NCBI GenBank assembly: GCA_035298105.1
Contig: DATGYJ010000433.1
Location: forward strand, 1,374 to 65,373
Length of the DNA stretch: 64,000 bases
Source of the DNA: Anaerolineales bacterium
Lineage (GTDB): Bacteria; Chloroflexota; Anaerolineae; Anaerolineales; Villigracilaceae
Direction of reading: 5' to 3'
Below, piece by piece: positions 9,178 to 18,133 of the stretch (position 1 is the stretch's first letter; every line of letters begins with the position of its first letter). The notes below the pieces were generated by a model, which searched no databases, had not been told where the DNA came from, and saw only the letters and a list, made by a program, of their open reading frames with translations. The position numbers and the translations under genes are program-made.

Positions 9178-9502
9178 CTGTCTATGCTCTTGTCTATTTG
9201 ACTGGCGGTTTTTTGATATTCTATTTCTATTACAGGGAATAAGTGCTATAATAAGGTAATCTATACAAAAAAGGGATGCGTTCTCATGGAAGGCGGCAAT
9301 ATACTCTGCGAGCGCTCACGACTTCCGCTATTCTTCTCCGCAAGCGCATTAGAACTACTTCCTTGCGCGTATAATTAATTGTTTCTTGTTGTTTTGTGTT
9401 AAGAAGAATTATTTATTTTTTAATTGCGAATGAAATCATATAAAAACTGTGTATGGGTACAGGGCTTGTTTTTAGCCTACCAGTCCTCGGGCGGGTGTTC
9501 CT

Positions 9503-10045
9503 ATGGAAGCTGATTTTCCTTTATTAAACGCTGCCAGGAGTATGGACAAGCAGGCGCTCATGGAGATCTTTGATCTTTATTCATCCGCCTTATACAATTA
9601 TGCCTTACGCCTGTGTAATGACCCGCTGAAGGCAGATCAGATCGTAGGAGACGTGTTCGCAAAGCTTTTGGAGCAGTGGTCCGTTGGAAATGGCCCGAGC
9701 ACCAACCTGCGTTCGTATCTTTATGAAACGACTTATCACCTCATCATTGACGAGGCTCGACATTCGCATCGCGAAGCTCCGCTTGAAGTGATTGATTTCT
9801 TACGGTATGACGGTCATTCCATACTCTTAAATTTGGAGAATCGAATATTATTTGACGCTGTGATCAAAGCGATTAAAAACGACCTGACTGAAGATCAGCG
9901 CCATGTGATTATTCTACGTTTCCTGGAAGGGTTCAGTCTGCGCGAAACTGCTTCTATTATTGGAAAAGAAGTTTATAATGTAAAGGTAATCCAGAATCGT
10001 GGAGTCGCAAAATTGCGGAAGGCTCTCGGTCACACGGTAGTTTAA
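9503..10045 (+). CDS. ECF-type RNA polymerase sigma factor
   Basis: Region 2 LYNYALRL...ADQIVGDVFAKL; region 4 LTEDQRHVIILRFLEGFSLRETA. Confidence 0.93.
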   Translation: MEADFPLLNAARSMDKQALMEIFDLYSSALYNYALRLCNDPLKADQIVGDVFAKLLEQWSVGNGPSTNLRSYLYETTYHLIIDEARHSHREAPLEVIDFLRYDGHSILLNLENRILFDAVIKAIKNDLTEDQRHVIILRFLEGFSLRETASIIGKEVYNVKVIQNRGVAKLRKALGHTVV

Positions 10046-11595
10046 TGAAACCAACCTCTTCTCCACAAGATCAGGAACAAGATCAAGAAATCATCGAACT
10101 CCTGAAGGAATTGGGGTCACTTCAAGTCAAGTATCCTCCAGAACTGCTCACCGCCCGGCGGGCGGATTTTGTTGCTCAAGTTAATCAGCAAAACAAGATC
10201 GGCGTAGGGGATGAACGGCCTTTAAGGAAGCAGTTCGTCCAACAGTTGGAGGCCCTGCAGGCTGTTAAGGCCGAGTATCCTCCGGAATTATTGGCTGCCC
10301 GGCGGGCGGCTTTCATTGCTCAAGTTGAGCAGTACACTGGGGCTGCGGTGAGTGAAGAGCTGTCTTCAGCAGATCAAGAGGTCATCAGGCTGCTTCAGAA
10401 GACGAAATCTCTCGAGCCTGACTACTCTCCTGAAGTGTTCGCTGCCCGGCGGTCTGCTTTTATCCGTCAGATCGCACGAGGGGGCAGGATCAGTTTGCTG
10501 GAAGCGCTAAGGTCTTCCATCCAGGATATGTTCCGGTTCAAGCTAAAGATTCCGACCATGCCGTCGGCCGACTTTTTGCGTACTTCGTTTGTCCTGGCGG
10601 CTTTGATCCTGGCTGCGTTCGTAGGATCCCTGTTGGGAAAACCTGAACAATTATTGAATCTAGCCCCTACTCAAGGAGAGGTCGCCCGACCTGTTCCTGT
10701 CGTTCCCACCAGTACTGGTGAAGCTGAAGAGATCATTTGTAAGCCTGGTTATGTACCACCATCGTGTCTGGCTAAAGAATCTGACCACGCCAAGAACCTG
10801 ACATTCCAGGGAAATGGATCGGCGCGCCCCGCAGTAGCCAAAGACACAGCTCCCGGTAACAGTGGGATCCATGATGCCGCCTTTGCGAATGATGGACTCT
10901 ATGGCCCGGGGGCAAGCTGGATCAGTAATAGCCGCTATAGCTGGATCAAGATAGATCTGGGTAAAGCCACAACCATCAACACCGTCACATTTGGCAGAGA
11001 TCGCCTTGGTTATACCAATGATCACAATCCGGGCCAGTTTGTCATTGCCGTAGCCATGTCTGATAATATTTACGCTGATGGAAATAGCAGCAATGACTAC
11101 GTTGAATACACACAGGTTTACGATTCTCAACAAACTAATTTCAGTGGGATTGTTTCGGGCTCAGAAACAGTCAAGGCTCAATTTCGGCCTGTCATGGCCA
11201 GGTTTGTCAAGATCACGTTCGTGAATAAAGGAACGGCCATCGATGAAGTTGAAGTCTATATGGTGCAACCTACCGGACTAGATGAGCATCCAACGAGAAA
11301 GCCCAAAGACGATAACGTGCCGGCGATTGCCCCGACGATTCGTCCTGCCAATACTGCTCGACCGACGGATACACCGGTTCCGCCAACCGCTACCGACGTG
11401 CCACCAACCGAGGTGCCGCCAACCGCTACCGACGTGCCGCCAACCGAGATGCCGCCAACCGCTACCGACGTGCCGCCAACCGAGGTGCCGCCAACCGAGG
11501 TGCCGCCGCCAGCAGATACACCCATTCCACCTCCGGATACCGCGGAACCACCGGCAGCCCCAACAGCTACTGCTGCACCGGTCGTCGGGCCCTAA
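10045..11595 (+). CDS. putative membrane anti-sigma factor with extracellular discoidin/F5-8 type C (CBM32-like) domain and Pro/Thr tail
   Basis: Translationally coupled to the sigma gene (TAATG); three cytoplasmic YPPELLxARRAxF repeats; one TM helix; ANDG...W...WIKIDLG...ARFVKI...IDEVEVY; PPTATDVPPTEV repeats. Confidence 0.75.
   Translation: MKPTSSPQDQEQDQEIIELLKELGSLQVKYPPELLTARRADFVAQVNQQNKIGVGDERPLRKQFVQQLEALQAVKAEYPPELLAARRAAFIAQVEQYTGAAVSEELSSADQEVIRLLQKTKSLEPDYSPEVFAARRSAFIRQIARGGRISLLEALRSSIQDMFRFKLKIPTMPSADFLRTSFVLAALILAAFVGSLLGKPEQLLNLAPTQGEVARPVPVVPTSTGEAEEIICKPGYVPPSCLAKESDHAKNLTFQGNGSARPAVAKDTAPGNSGIHDAAFANDGLYGPGASWISNSRYSWIKIDLGKATTINTVTFGRDRLGYTNDHNPGQFVIAVAMSDNIYADGNSSNDYVEYTQVYDSQQTNFSGIVSGSETVKAQFRPVMARFVKITFVNKGTAIDEVEVYMVQPTGLDEHPTRKPKDDNVPAIAPTIRPANTARPTDTPVPPTATDVPPTEVPPTATDVPPTEMPPTATDVPPTEVPPTEVPPPADTPIPPPDTAEPPAAPTATAAPVVGP
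11380..11510 (+). repeat. 36-bp coding repeat (PPTATDVPPTEV)
   Basis: About three tandem copies visible in DNA and protein. Confidence 0.9.
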
Positions 11596-11614
11596 CCTTT
11601 GGTTCTACCATAGT

Positions 11615-11649
11615 AAGCCCCTGAAAAGATCATCCTTTTCGGGGGCTTT
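11615..11649. terminator. hairpin terminator between convergent ORFs
   Basis: AAGCCCCTGAAAAG...CTTTTCGGGGGCTTT. Confidence 0.7.
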
Positions 11650-11677
11650 GTATTAAACAGAAATGGGATGAAACCAA

Positions 11678-11995
11678 TTAAGTTGCGATCTTCTTGAGGA
11701 CCTTCAAAACTAATGGTCCTTTCACCAGGATTTTCTTTTTGTTCCCTTTGATTTCTTTAAAAGTACGCTCCGCCCTACGGATCAGTCGTTCCTGCTGAAC
11801 GCTGCTGTCACTCTGAAAGTCAGCCAGCCAGTCTGCAAAGTCTTTTACAGCCATGGCGCGGTTGCAATTGAACTGACTTCGCCAGATCAGCTTGAGCAAA
11901 TGCTCCCGCCTCACGGTGAGGATAGCGCGATTCGCAGCATAATCGTCTACCAGGCTTTCACTCATCCTGGCGATCAGTCGATATTGACCATCCAC
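11678..11995 (-). CDS. hypothetical protein or gene remnant
   Basis: 105-aa ORF ending at the terminator; no recognisable motif; start uncertain. Confidence 0.35.
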   Translation of the reverse strand: MDGQYRLIARMSESLVDDYAANRAILTVRREHLLKLIWRSQFNCNRAMAVKDFADWLADFQSDSSVQQERLIRRAERTFKEIKGNKKKILVKGPLVLKVLKKIAT

Positions 11996-12355
11996 CTCTA
12001 TCCCGACCCGGCGGTGAACAGGGGAGGCCTGTACAAACTGGTGACCCTATGTGTCGAGGCGACCTTCTATCTCAGATCTTGCAAAACATCAGATCCTTCT
12101 AATACAATCTGCTCAAGTCGATGAAAATCGTATACAATCAACTTGTTTACGATATTACCCGGTTTTAATGTGTCAACTTGTTTATAAGTGAATAGGGAGT
12201 GAGTATGGCTGAACCAATCTTTCAGCGGCTGGATGGGGTCTTCTTGAAGGGCGTTTTTCCAACAGGAAAAATGAAACTGCGCCGTTTCCTTATATCCCAG
12301 TAAGAGCTCAATTTGTGGGCGAAGTACAAACAACTTTAGGATTGGAGGCAATCAA

Positions 12356-14071
12356 ATGAGTCCCAAAAGTATATCAAAAAAAGCAGGTAAGAAGGGCAGT
12401 AGTCAGGGGGCAGCCAGGCATGACAATCAGGCTCCTGCCATTTCCGGGGTCGTGACTCCCATGCATGTGGCTGCCACGCCTGCAACTGCCATTCCAGCCC
12501 TCCTCACTTCCACGTTGCAGCCAGAGCTTCGTAGAGCGAGCAACGCTGCGGGAAAAGTCCAATCCCTGAAAAAGTGGTGTGTTGACAGGACGCCCATTCA
12601 CTTTTCTCCGGAAGAATTGCAGCCCTCGGATCAGTTGGACAAAGGATTTGTTGTCGAACTCACAGGCCAACAAAAAACTATTTCTGCCGACGATCATCAG
12701 ACCGCGTGGTCAGAGGTTGCTTACAAGGCTGAGAGTGCGTGGGTGAGAGGCTGGGTCAATGATGCCTACCTCGATGATTACCATGAAGATTTCCCCGATT
12801 CCGGGGTGGTCATCCTGCATCAAACAAAGGAGCTTTGGGACGCGCAGCAATATATGGTGCTGGGTGATGGCAAGACCAGATACAACATGTGTGGGGAGCT
12901 CTGTGTGGCATTTATCGTCAACGCTGGAATTGATCCTGTTTTGGCAAAGTGGCAGGCGAATGACCCAAAATCATATAACAACATTTTGGCGAATGGCCAG
13001 GACAATCTGACCGAGGATACCGATCTCAAAAACATGCTTGCGGCAGTCCTTAAGGAGTATGGGTATGGATCTGATAATGATCAGATCATCCCTTTCAGAG
13101 AGCGATTGACGTTCCCTGTCGACCAGCCCGGGATGCTGGCAGACCTGAGGAAAATGCTTGCAACACATTATCTGATCGTTCTTGTGACCATCAGCAAGGC
13201 CGGAGGCGGAGCATTGATTAGAAAGGATAGTCCGGTTCAAACGAAACATTGGGTGATGCTGGACAAGATCATACGAAACGGAAATCGGGTCCAAATCTAC
13301 AATCCCTTTTCCAACAAACGCGAGGAATATTCCTTTACTGAATTTTACGATTCCTGTCAATCGTCTTGGAAGGGACTCTGGGTAAAAAGGAAGGAAGCTC
13401 AGCTCGCTGTGCCTAAGGAAACCTTGCCAGCGTTCGAGGTGGAAATTGCCAATGCTAATATCAAGTATTCAGCCAAGCAGTACTTGGATGTTGATGGCGT
13501 CAAACAGGTCAATCTATGTGGAGAATTCTGTGTTTCATTCATCGTGAACGAGTCTATCAACCAAGTCCTGGAGCATTGGAAAACCATACAGCCAACAATC
13601 TATGCAGACATTATTGGGAACAGCAAGAAAACAGGGCTCGAAAAGCTTGAACCCATATTACGGAGCTATGGATACAACCGTCCAGGTGATATCTTGGATT
13701 TTAGCGCCGGATTGATAGATCCGGTTCTGAAGAAATCCGTATCTACCCCAGGCAGGCTGGCGAAGAGGCTGGAAACGCACTGGCTGATTGCAGGCGTAGG
13801 TATCGATGACAACACGGGCCAGCTTGAGCCCAGCGTTCAAACCAGACACTGGGTCGTCGTAGACAAGATTATCCCTGTTGGAAGAGATGATCGAGGAAAT
13901 GGAGGTTGGGTTCAGCTCTACAATCCCTTCCAGAATCGTTGGGAGGAGTATTCCTATAGAGAATTCATATACTCCGTGGGTATTGAGGGGACCTGGCCTA
14001 CTAATTACTGGATAGTATGGGGTGGACTGTGGGTCAAGCGGAATATCTTTTCAAATTTGTCTCGCCTGTAG
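12356..14071 (+). CDS. SH3b-like domain plus two tandem C39-like (papain-fold) cysteine hydrolase domains
   Basis: SD GGAGG; SH3b-like WSEVAY...GWVNDAYL; duplicated QY..N(M/L)CGExCV...HWVxxDKI...Q(I/L)YNPFxN..EEYS..EF...GLWVKR; no signal peptide. Confidence 0.7.
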   Translation: MSPKSISKKAGKKGSSQGAARHDNQAPAISGVVTPMHVAATPATAIPALLTSTLQPELRRASNAAGKVQSLKKWCVDRTPIHFSPEELQPSDQLDKGFVVELTGQQKTISADDHQTAWSEVAYKAESAWVRGWVNDAYLDDYHEDFPDSGVVILHQTKELWDAQQYMVLGDGKTRYNMCGELCVAFIVNAGIDPVLAKWQANDPKSYNNILANGQDNLTEDTDLKNMLAAVLKEYGYGSDNDQIIPFRERLTFPVDQPGMLADLRKMLATHYLIVLVTISKAGGGALIRKDSPVQTKHWVMLDKIIRNGNRVQIYNPFSNKREEYSFTEFYDSCQSSWKGLWVKRKEAQLAVPKETLPAFEVEIANANIKYSAKQYLDVDGVKQVNLCGEFCVSFIVNESINQVLEHWKTIQPTIYADIIGNSKKTGLEKLEPILRSYGYNRPGDILDFSAGLIDPVLKKSVSTPGRLAKRLETHWLIAGVGIDDNTGQLEPSVQTRHWVVVDKIIPVGRDDRGNGGWVQLYNPFQNRWEEYSYREFIYSVGIEGTWPTNYWIVWGGLWVKRNIFSNLSRL

Positions 14072-14297
14072 TCAGGAGTCAGGGACCGGCGAAAGTGTGG
14101 AGCGCCCAAACCCGGAAAACCCGGCAAGATTGGAAGACCGAAATTGCCTGTGACGCGTCAGCAATGGTTTATGGCGCAAACGCAGCGTGAGATCAAGAAA
14201 CGACTCAAGGTTGTACAACCTATAAACAGAATTGCTCTATCGCCGGAGAATTCTGAACAGCCTCAAACTACTCAAAACGATTATGGAGGAGAACACC

Positions 14298-15101
14298 ATG
14301 CAAGAAAACAAAGAAACCCCGGTAATTGACCCTAAAACCGTCATACAAGCATCGAAACGACTGGCTGAGTTTGTAGAGTGGCAAAATAGTCTTCTTTCCA
14401 TGCCGAACTCCAAACTCTACCGGGTGCTGAAGTGGGGTGACTCGATTCTCGTTCACCAGGCGGGCCTCACGACCACCACTCTGACTACAAAATCGCCATC
14501 TAACTTTCAAGCGGTTGGACTTTGGAGCCCGGAAGCGGGATGGGGTGGAGTTACGAATTTCATCCGTATCTCACACGATGAGGTCATGAACCTGGCTGCC
14601 ATGCAGCTCGAGGACGAATTCGAGCTAAAGAAACCAGGCTGGGATAAAGACTCTAATATGGAAAAATGGCGCTCTCAGAAAATGAACTGGCTGTGTAAAG
14701 ACGACGGGACCATTTACATGGTACACGATGAAGAGAAGACCTGGACCAGTGCGCCTTTTGTCCGCTGGGGCACCATTGCATTAGGTGGGAATCTTGTGCA
14801 GGTGGAAGGGTTCGAAACGGTGCAAATAAAATTACGTTCTGAATCATCTGAAAGACGCGTAGCCATGGCGCGGCTGAAAGGGTTCAGAGCGTCTGATTGG
14901 GATCGCCCATTAGATGATCTACTGTCCGAGGGATTAGTACATCGTTGTTTTTGTGCGTATAGAGGTAATAAGTTTGGTGACTCACCCAAAGGGATTGTCT
15001 ACAGCCCGTTCTTTTCGATGTCTGATTGGGATTTTGCCGGAAAAGCAAGACCGACGGCATTATATATTCCAATGGAATGGCTGGAGCCAAAAGCTTCCTA
15101 A
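14298..15101 (+). CDS. hypothetical protein
   Basis: SD GGAGGAG before ATG 14298; Trp-rich soluble sequence; no recognised family. Confidence 0.8.
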   Translation: MQENKETPVIDPKTVIQASKRLAEFVEWQNSLLSMPNSKLYRVLKWGDSILVHQAGLTTTTLTTKSPSNFQAVGLWSPEAGWGGVTNFIRISHDEVMNLAAMQLEDEFELKKPGWDKDSNMEKWRSQKMNWLCKDDGTIYMVHDEEKTWTSAPFVRWGTIALGGNLVQVEGFETVQIKLRSESSERRVAMARLKGFRASDWDRPLDDLLSEGLVHRCFCAYRGNKFGDSPKGIVYSPFFSMSDWDFAGKARPTALYIPMEWLEPKAS

Positions 15102-15187
15102 AAGTCTTGCCCAATTAAACCTGATTCAATAGAATCAGGACAGAGTCGTTTACTGTTTATTCGATCCTTTTATTAATGGAGTTGACA

Positions 15188-17947
15188 ATGGCGGATGAAA
15201 TATATTTCCAGTGGCAGAACGAAGTATTGTTGAAGACAATCTATCCTTTGCGGGAGATGAAGTTGCGGGATTTCCTGGTCTATTGCAAGGAAATCGATCT
15301 ATGGGCGCAGTACAAGGATAAGAAGATCGAGGATTTTCCGGCAGAGGTCAACGCCTATATTGCCACACGGAAAGATACCCTGGTAGCGGCTTATCAGTCC
15401 TATAAGAACTTATACGCCTACTTCACGCAAGACGCCGTCGCGCAATACCTGACGAAATATAAGCTCACAGATGAAACGGTACTTGCAAAGGTCAAGGCAT
15501 TGCACCAAACATTGCTGGCCTATTTGCCAAAATATGCCGATGTGCGTAAGGAAAAATATTTTGTCACACAACAGGTCGCTTTATGGGAGCAGGAGCGCAA
15601 AAGTTTATTGCAGCAGATTGCGCAGAAACAGCGCCGGGTCAATATTGTCGTGCCTGAAAATCAACCATTTGAAAAAGAGCAACTGCAAAAACTGCAGGTC
15701 ACGTTTGACATCACGGATGAAGAACTCGACCGTTTGTATGCGTTCGTCTCCAGCTACAACAAGATCGAGAAGCGCAAGCTCGAATTTTATCAAGTCAGGG
15801 AAGCAGCCCAGGCCGGGAGCAAGGGTGCGATCGCCAAATTAGATGACGTTCATACCCGGCTCCAGCCGGTGGATGCAAAACAAAGACAGATATCAGCTGA
15901 CCTTGCCCGCCTCCGGACTCCGCCGAGCCTTGCTGCCGTTCAGGGATATCTTTCTACCGAAGACATTTCCAACCAGATCCGGCAACAATTCCCACAAGCC
16001 GACCAGTCCCTGCTCAACACGATCAATGGCATTCATAAGCAACTGGCTGTTGCATTACTGAATATCAAAGATGAGGCGGTTAAGCTGGTTGTGGTTAAGA
16101 ACTATTATTATAGGTTGCAGCAACAGCAACAGGCCTTTCAAAGGGAGATTGCCACTCTGGAAACCCAATTGCGCAGCATGCCGATAACCTGGGCCAACAG
16201 AGCCGCAAGCCAGGCTCGATTGGATATGTTAAAGGGCGCAGGCTTGCAGGCTATTCAAACGGAAATAGACAAGCTGGGTGATTACCAGGCCGCCTTTGAG
16301 TATGCCAAAAAATCGCCGGCTGAGCTGGCGCAGATGATCCAGGCCAAAGAGCAGGAAATGCTGGGGGTCCAGCAAACCGACTCCCAGCTTGGAAAAGAGG
16401 CGTCTGATCTTGAGACGCAGTTGAAGTCGCTGCAATCCACGCAGAGTATGTCTGAGGAAGACTACCTTACTCACTATTCTCCTGATGAAACGATCACCGT
16501 GAAAGACATTGTGCGCAGCAGAGTTGAAGAGTACAAGGCTTCACTTGCCCAGAAGAATCATCTGGAACTTTTGGAAGAGATCGTTCAATACTTCATCCAG
16601 CAGCCCGGACGCTATCCGCTCTGGCTCCAGTATATGGTCATTCATTTTTCAGGGATGCGCTATGCCACTGCGCACGGTTCGTGGGCCGACCCCAAAGACC
16701 TGCTCATGAGCTTGCGTACTGCGGACATGCAAAAAGAATTCAAGAAGATGGATGATGATGCAATTGAGGCCCTGGCTCAGCAGAGAATCAGTATTTATCA
16801 GGGATCAAATGGCTCGGTCCCCGATGTGCCAAAACTCGCCCAGACCCAGGATCAAAAGTGGAAGGATAAGATTGCTTTTCATCTCAGAGGCTTGAAATCG
16901 TTCAGTGACTATTATCAGCGCAAGGCATTATTTGATCTGCGTTTAGATGAAGAGAACTATGAAATCGAAACCATGACGCCTACTGAGGCGCTGGAAGAAC
17001 TTGAGGCCATCAAGGATACTTTGCCAGAATGGATGTGGAAGGAGATTGTCAAATTAACGGACCTGCGCGTGAAGGAGGTCAATGATCCGAATTGGGAGAA
17101 ACTCACGTCTGATGAGGAAGAGCAGCGCGACGAAGCGCAATATGCCGAATTCCGCGCGATCATGAACAAGTGGAAGCAGGATAACCTTACGGGCTGGCGC
17201 GAAGAGCATGATCGCTCGGATCAGCTGATCGTCACTCGCTCGGTATGCAATGAAGTGGCTGAACAGATCCAACACCTGCGAGGTTATGCACCCCCCGGAG
17301 GGCTGACCCCGAAAGCGCCCTGGTATATAAAAAATGAACATGACGCGACAATCCCGGGAACCCCGCGCCCATATTTTGTCCGGCCTTCTTCTGTAAGGGA
17401 TTACAATGTCGGTGCAAGCATTCTGTGGGTGCGTTTCGTCAATGAGCTTCCGAATCCCTGGCGAGTGGCGCACCCTTTGCAAACCAGGAACGGCGAGGGC
17501 CTGATTCCTGCGAATTACCTGAGAAGGGCAAGCGCATATGACTGGGCTTACACTCAAAGCGACGTTGTGATGCGGACGCGTATACGGATCAATGAGAAAA
17601 AACAAACGGTCAGGGAGCAACAATGGCTGCGCTGGATCCACGAAGCGACAGTCGCCGCGGTGGCAGAGACTGTGGATGGCACAACCATCCTGACCTTTGA
17701 AACAGCCTTGCCTTATGACGACCCTCGTCTTTCCGCAGTGGGTGTCTTCAAACACGACCTTTACAACCTGATGTTCGATGGCGGTGAAGAAACCTACAAC
17801 GGATCGTTTGTGGGATATTTACCTGAAGGGGCGATCCCGGTCAGCAATCTTGAAGAGATGTTGGATTGGAATCATATCTTGGGCAGGCAGGTCATGACCC
17901 CTGCTGAGTTGGAAGATTACCGGAAGAAATATATCCGGAAAGGATAG
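15188..17947 (+). CDS. large hypothetical protein, helical/coiled-coil N-half plus predicted CHAP/NlpC-P60-like Cys-His-Glu domain (paralogue A)
   Basis: Long ORF strongly similar to 18134..20203; motifs HFSGMRYAxAHGSW, VCNExAE, WLRWIHEAT, TFET. Confidence 0.85.
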   Translation: MADEIYFQWQNEVLLKTIYPLREMKLRDFLVYCKEIDLWAQYKDKKIEDFPAEVNAYIATRKDTLVAAYQSYKNLYAYFTQDAVAQYLTKYKLTDETVLAKVKALHQTLLAYLPKYADVRKEKYFVTQQVALWEQERKSLLQQIAQKQRRVNIVVPENQPFEKEQLQKLQVTFDITDEELDRLYAFVSSYNKIEKRKLEFYQVREAAQAGSKGAIAKLDDVHTRLQPVDAKQRQISADLARLRTPPSLAAVQGYLSTEDISNQIRQQFPQADQSLLNTINGIHKQLAVALLNIKDEAVKLVVVKNYYYRLQQQQQAFQREIATLETQLRSMPITWANRAASQARLDMLKGAGLQAIQTEIDKLGDYQAAFEYAKKSPAELAQMIQAKEQEMLGVQQTDSQLGKEASDLETQLKSLQSTQSMSEEDYLTHYSPDETITVKDIVRSRVEEYKASLAQKNHLELLEEIVQYFIQQPGRYPLWLQYMVIHFSGMRYATAHGSWADPKDLLMSLRTADMQKEFKKMDDDAIEALAQQRISIYQGSNGSVPDVPKLAQTQDQKWKDKIAFHLRGLKSFSDYYQRKALFDLRLDEENYEIETMTPTEALEELEAIKDTLPEWMWKEIVKLTDLRVKEVNDPNWEKLTSDEEEQRDEAQYAEFRAIMNKWKQDNLTGWREEHDRSDQLIVTRSVCNEVAEQIQHLRGYAPPGGLTPKAPWYIKNEHDATIPGTPRPYFVRPSSVRDYNVGASILWVRFVNELPNPWRVAHPLQTRNGEGLIPANYLRRASAYDWAYTQSDVVMRTRIRINEKKQTVREQQWLRWIHEATVAAVAETVDGTTILTFETALPYDDPRLSAVGVFKHDLYNLMFDGGEETYNGSFVGYLPEGAIPVSNLEEMLDWNHILGRQVMTPAELEDYRKKYIRKG

Positions 17948-18133
17948 CTTACCGCTTGTCTCATTATTAACTTTACTTTTCATTTGGATTCATAGGCTGA
18001 AATTCAAACAGGAAGTAAAGTCAATTATGCGGCACTATGTAATTGCTGCCGCCATGTTGACGCCGCTCTGGGGGCAACACTTTCGAGATGGCAGGCAATA
18101 TTTATTGGATCGTTTTTGATGACGGAGTTGAAC

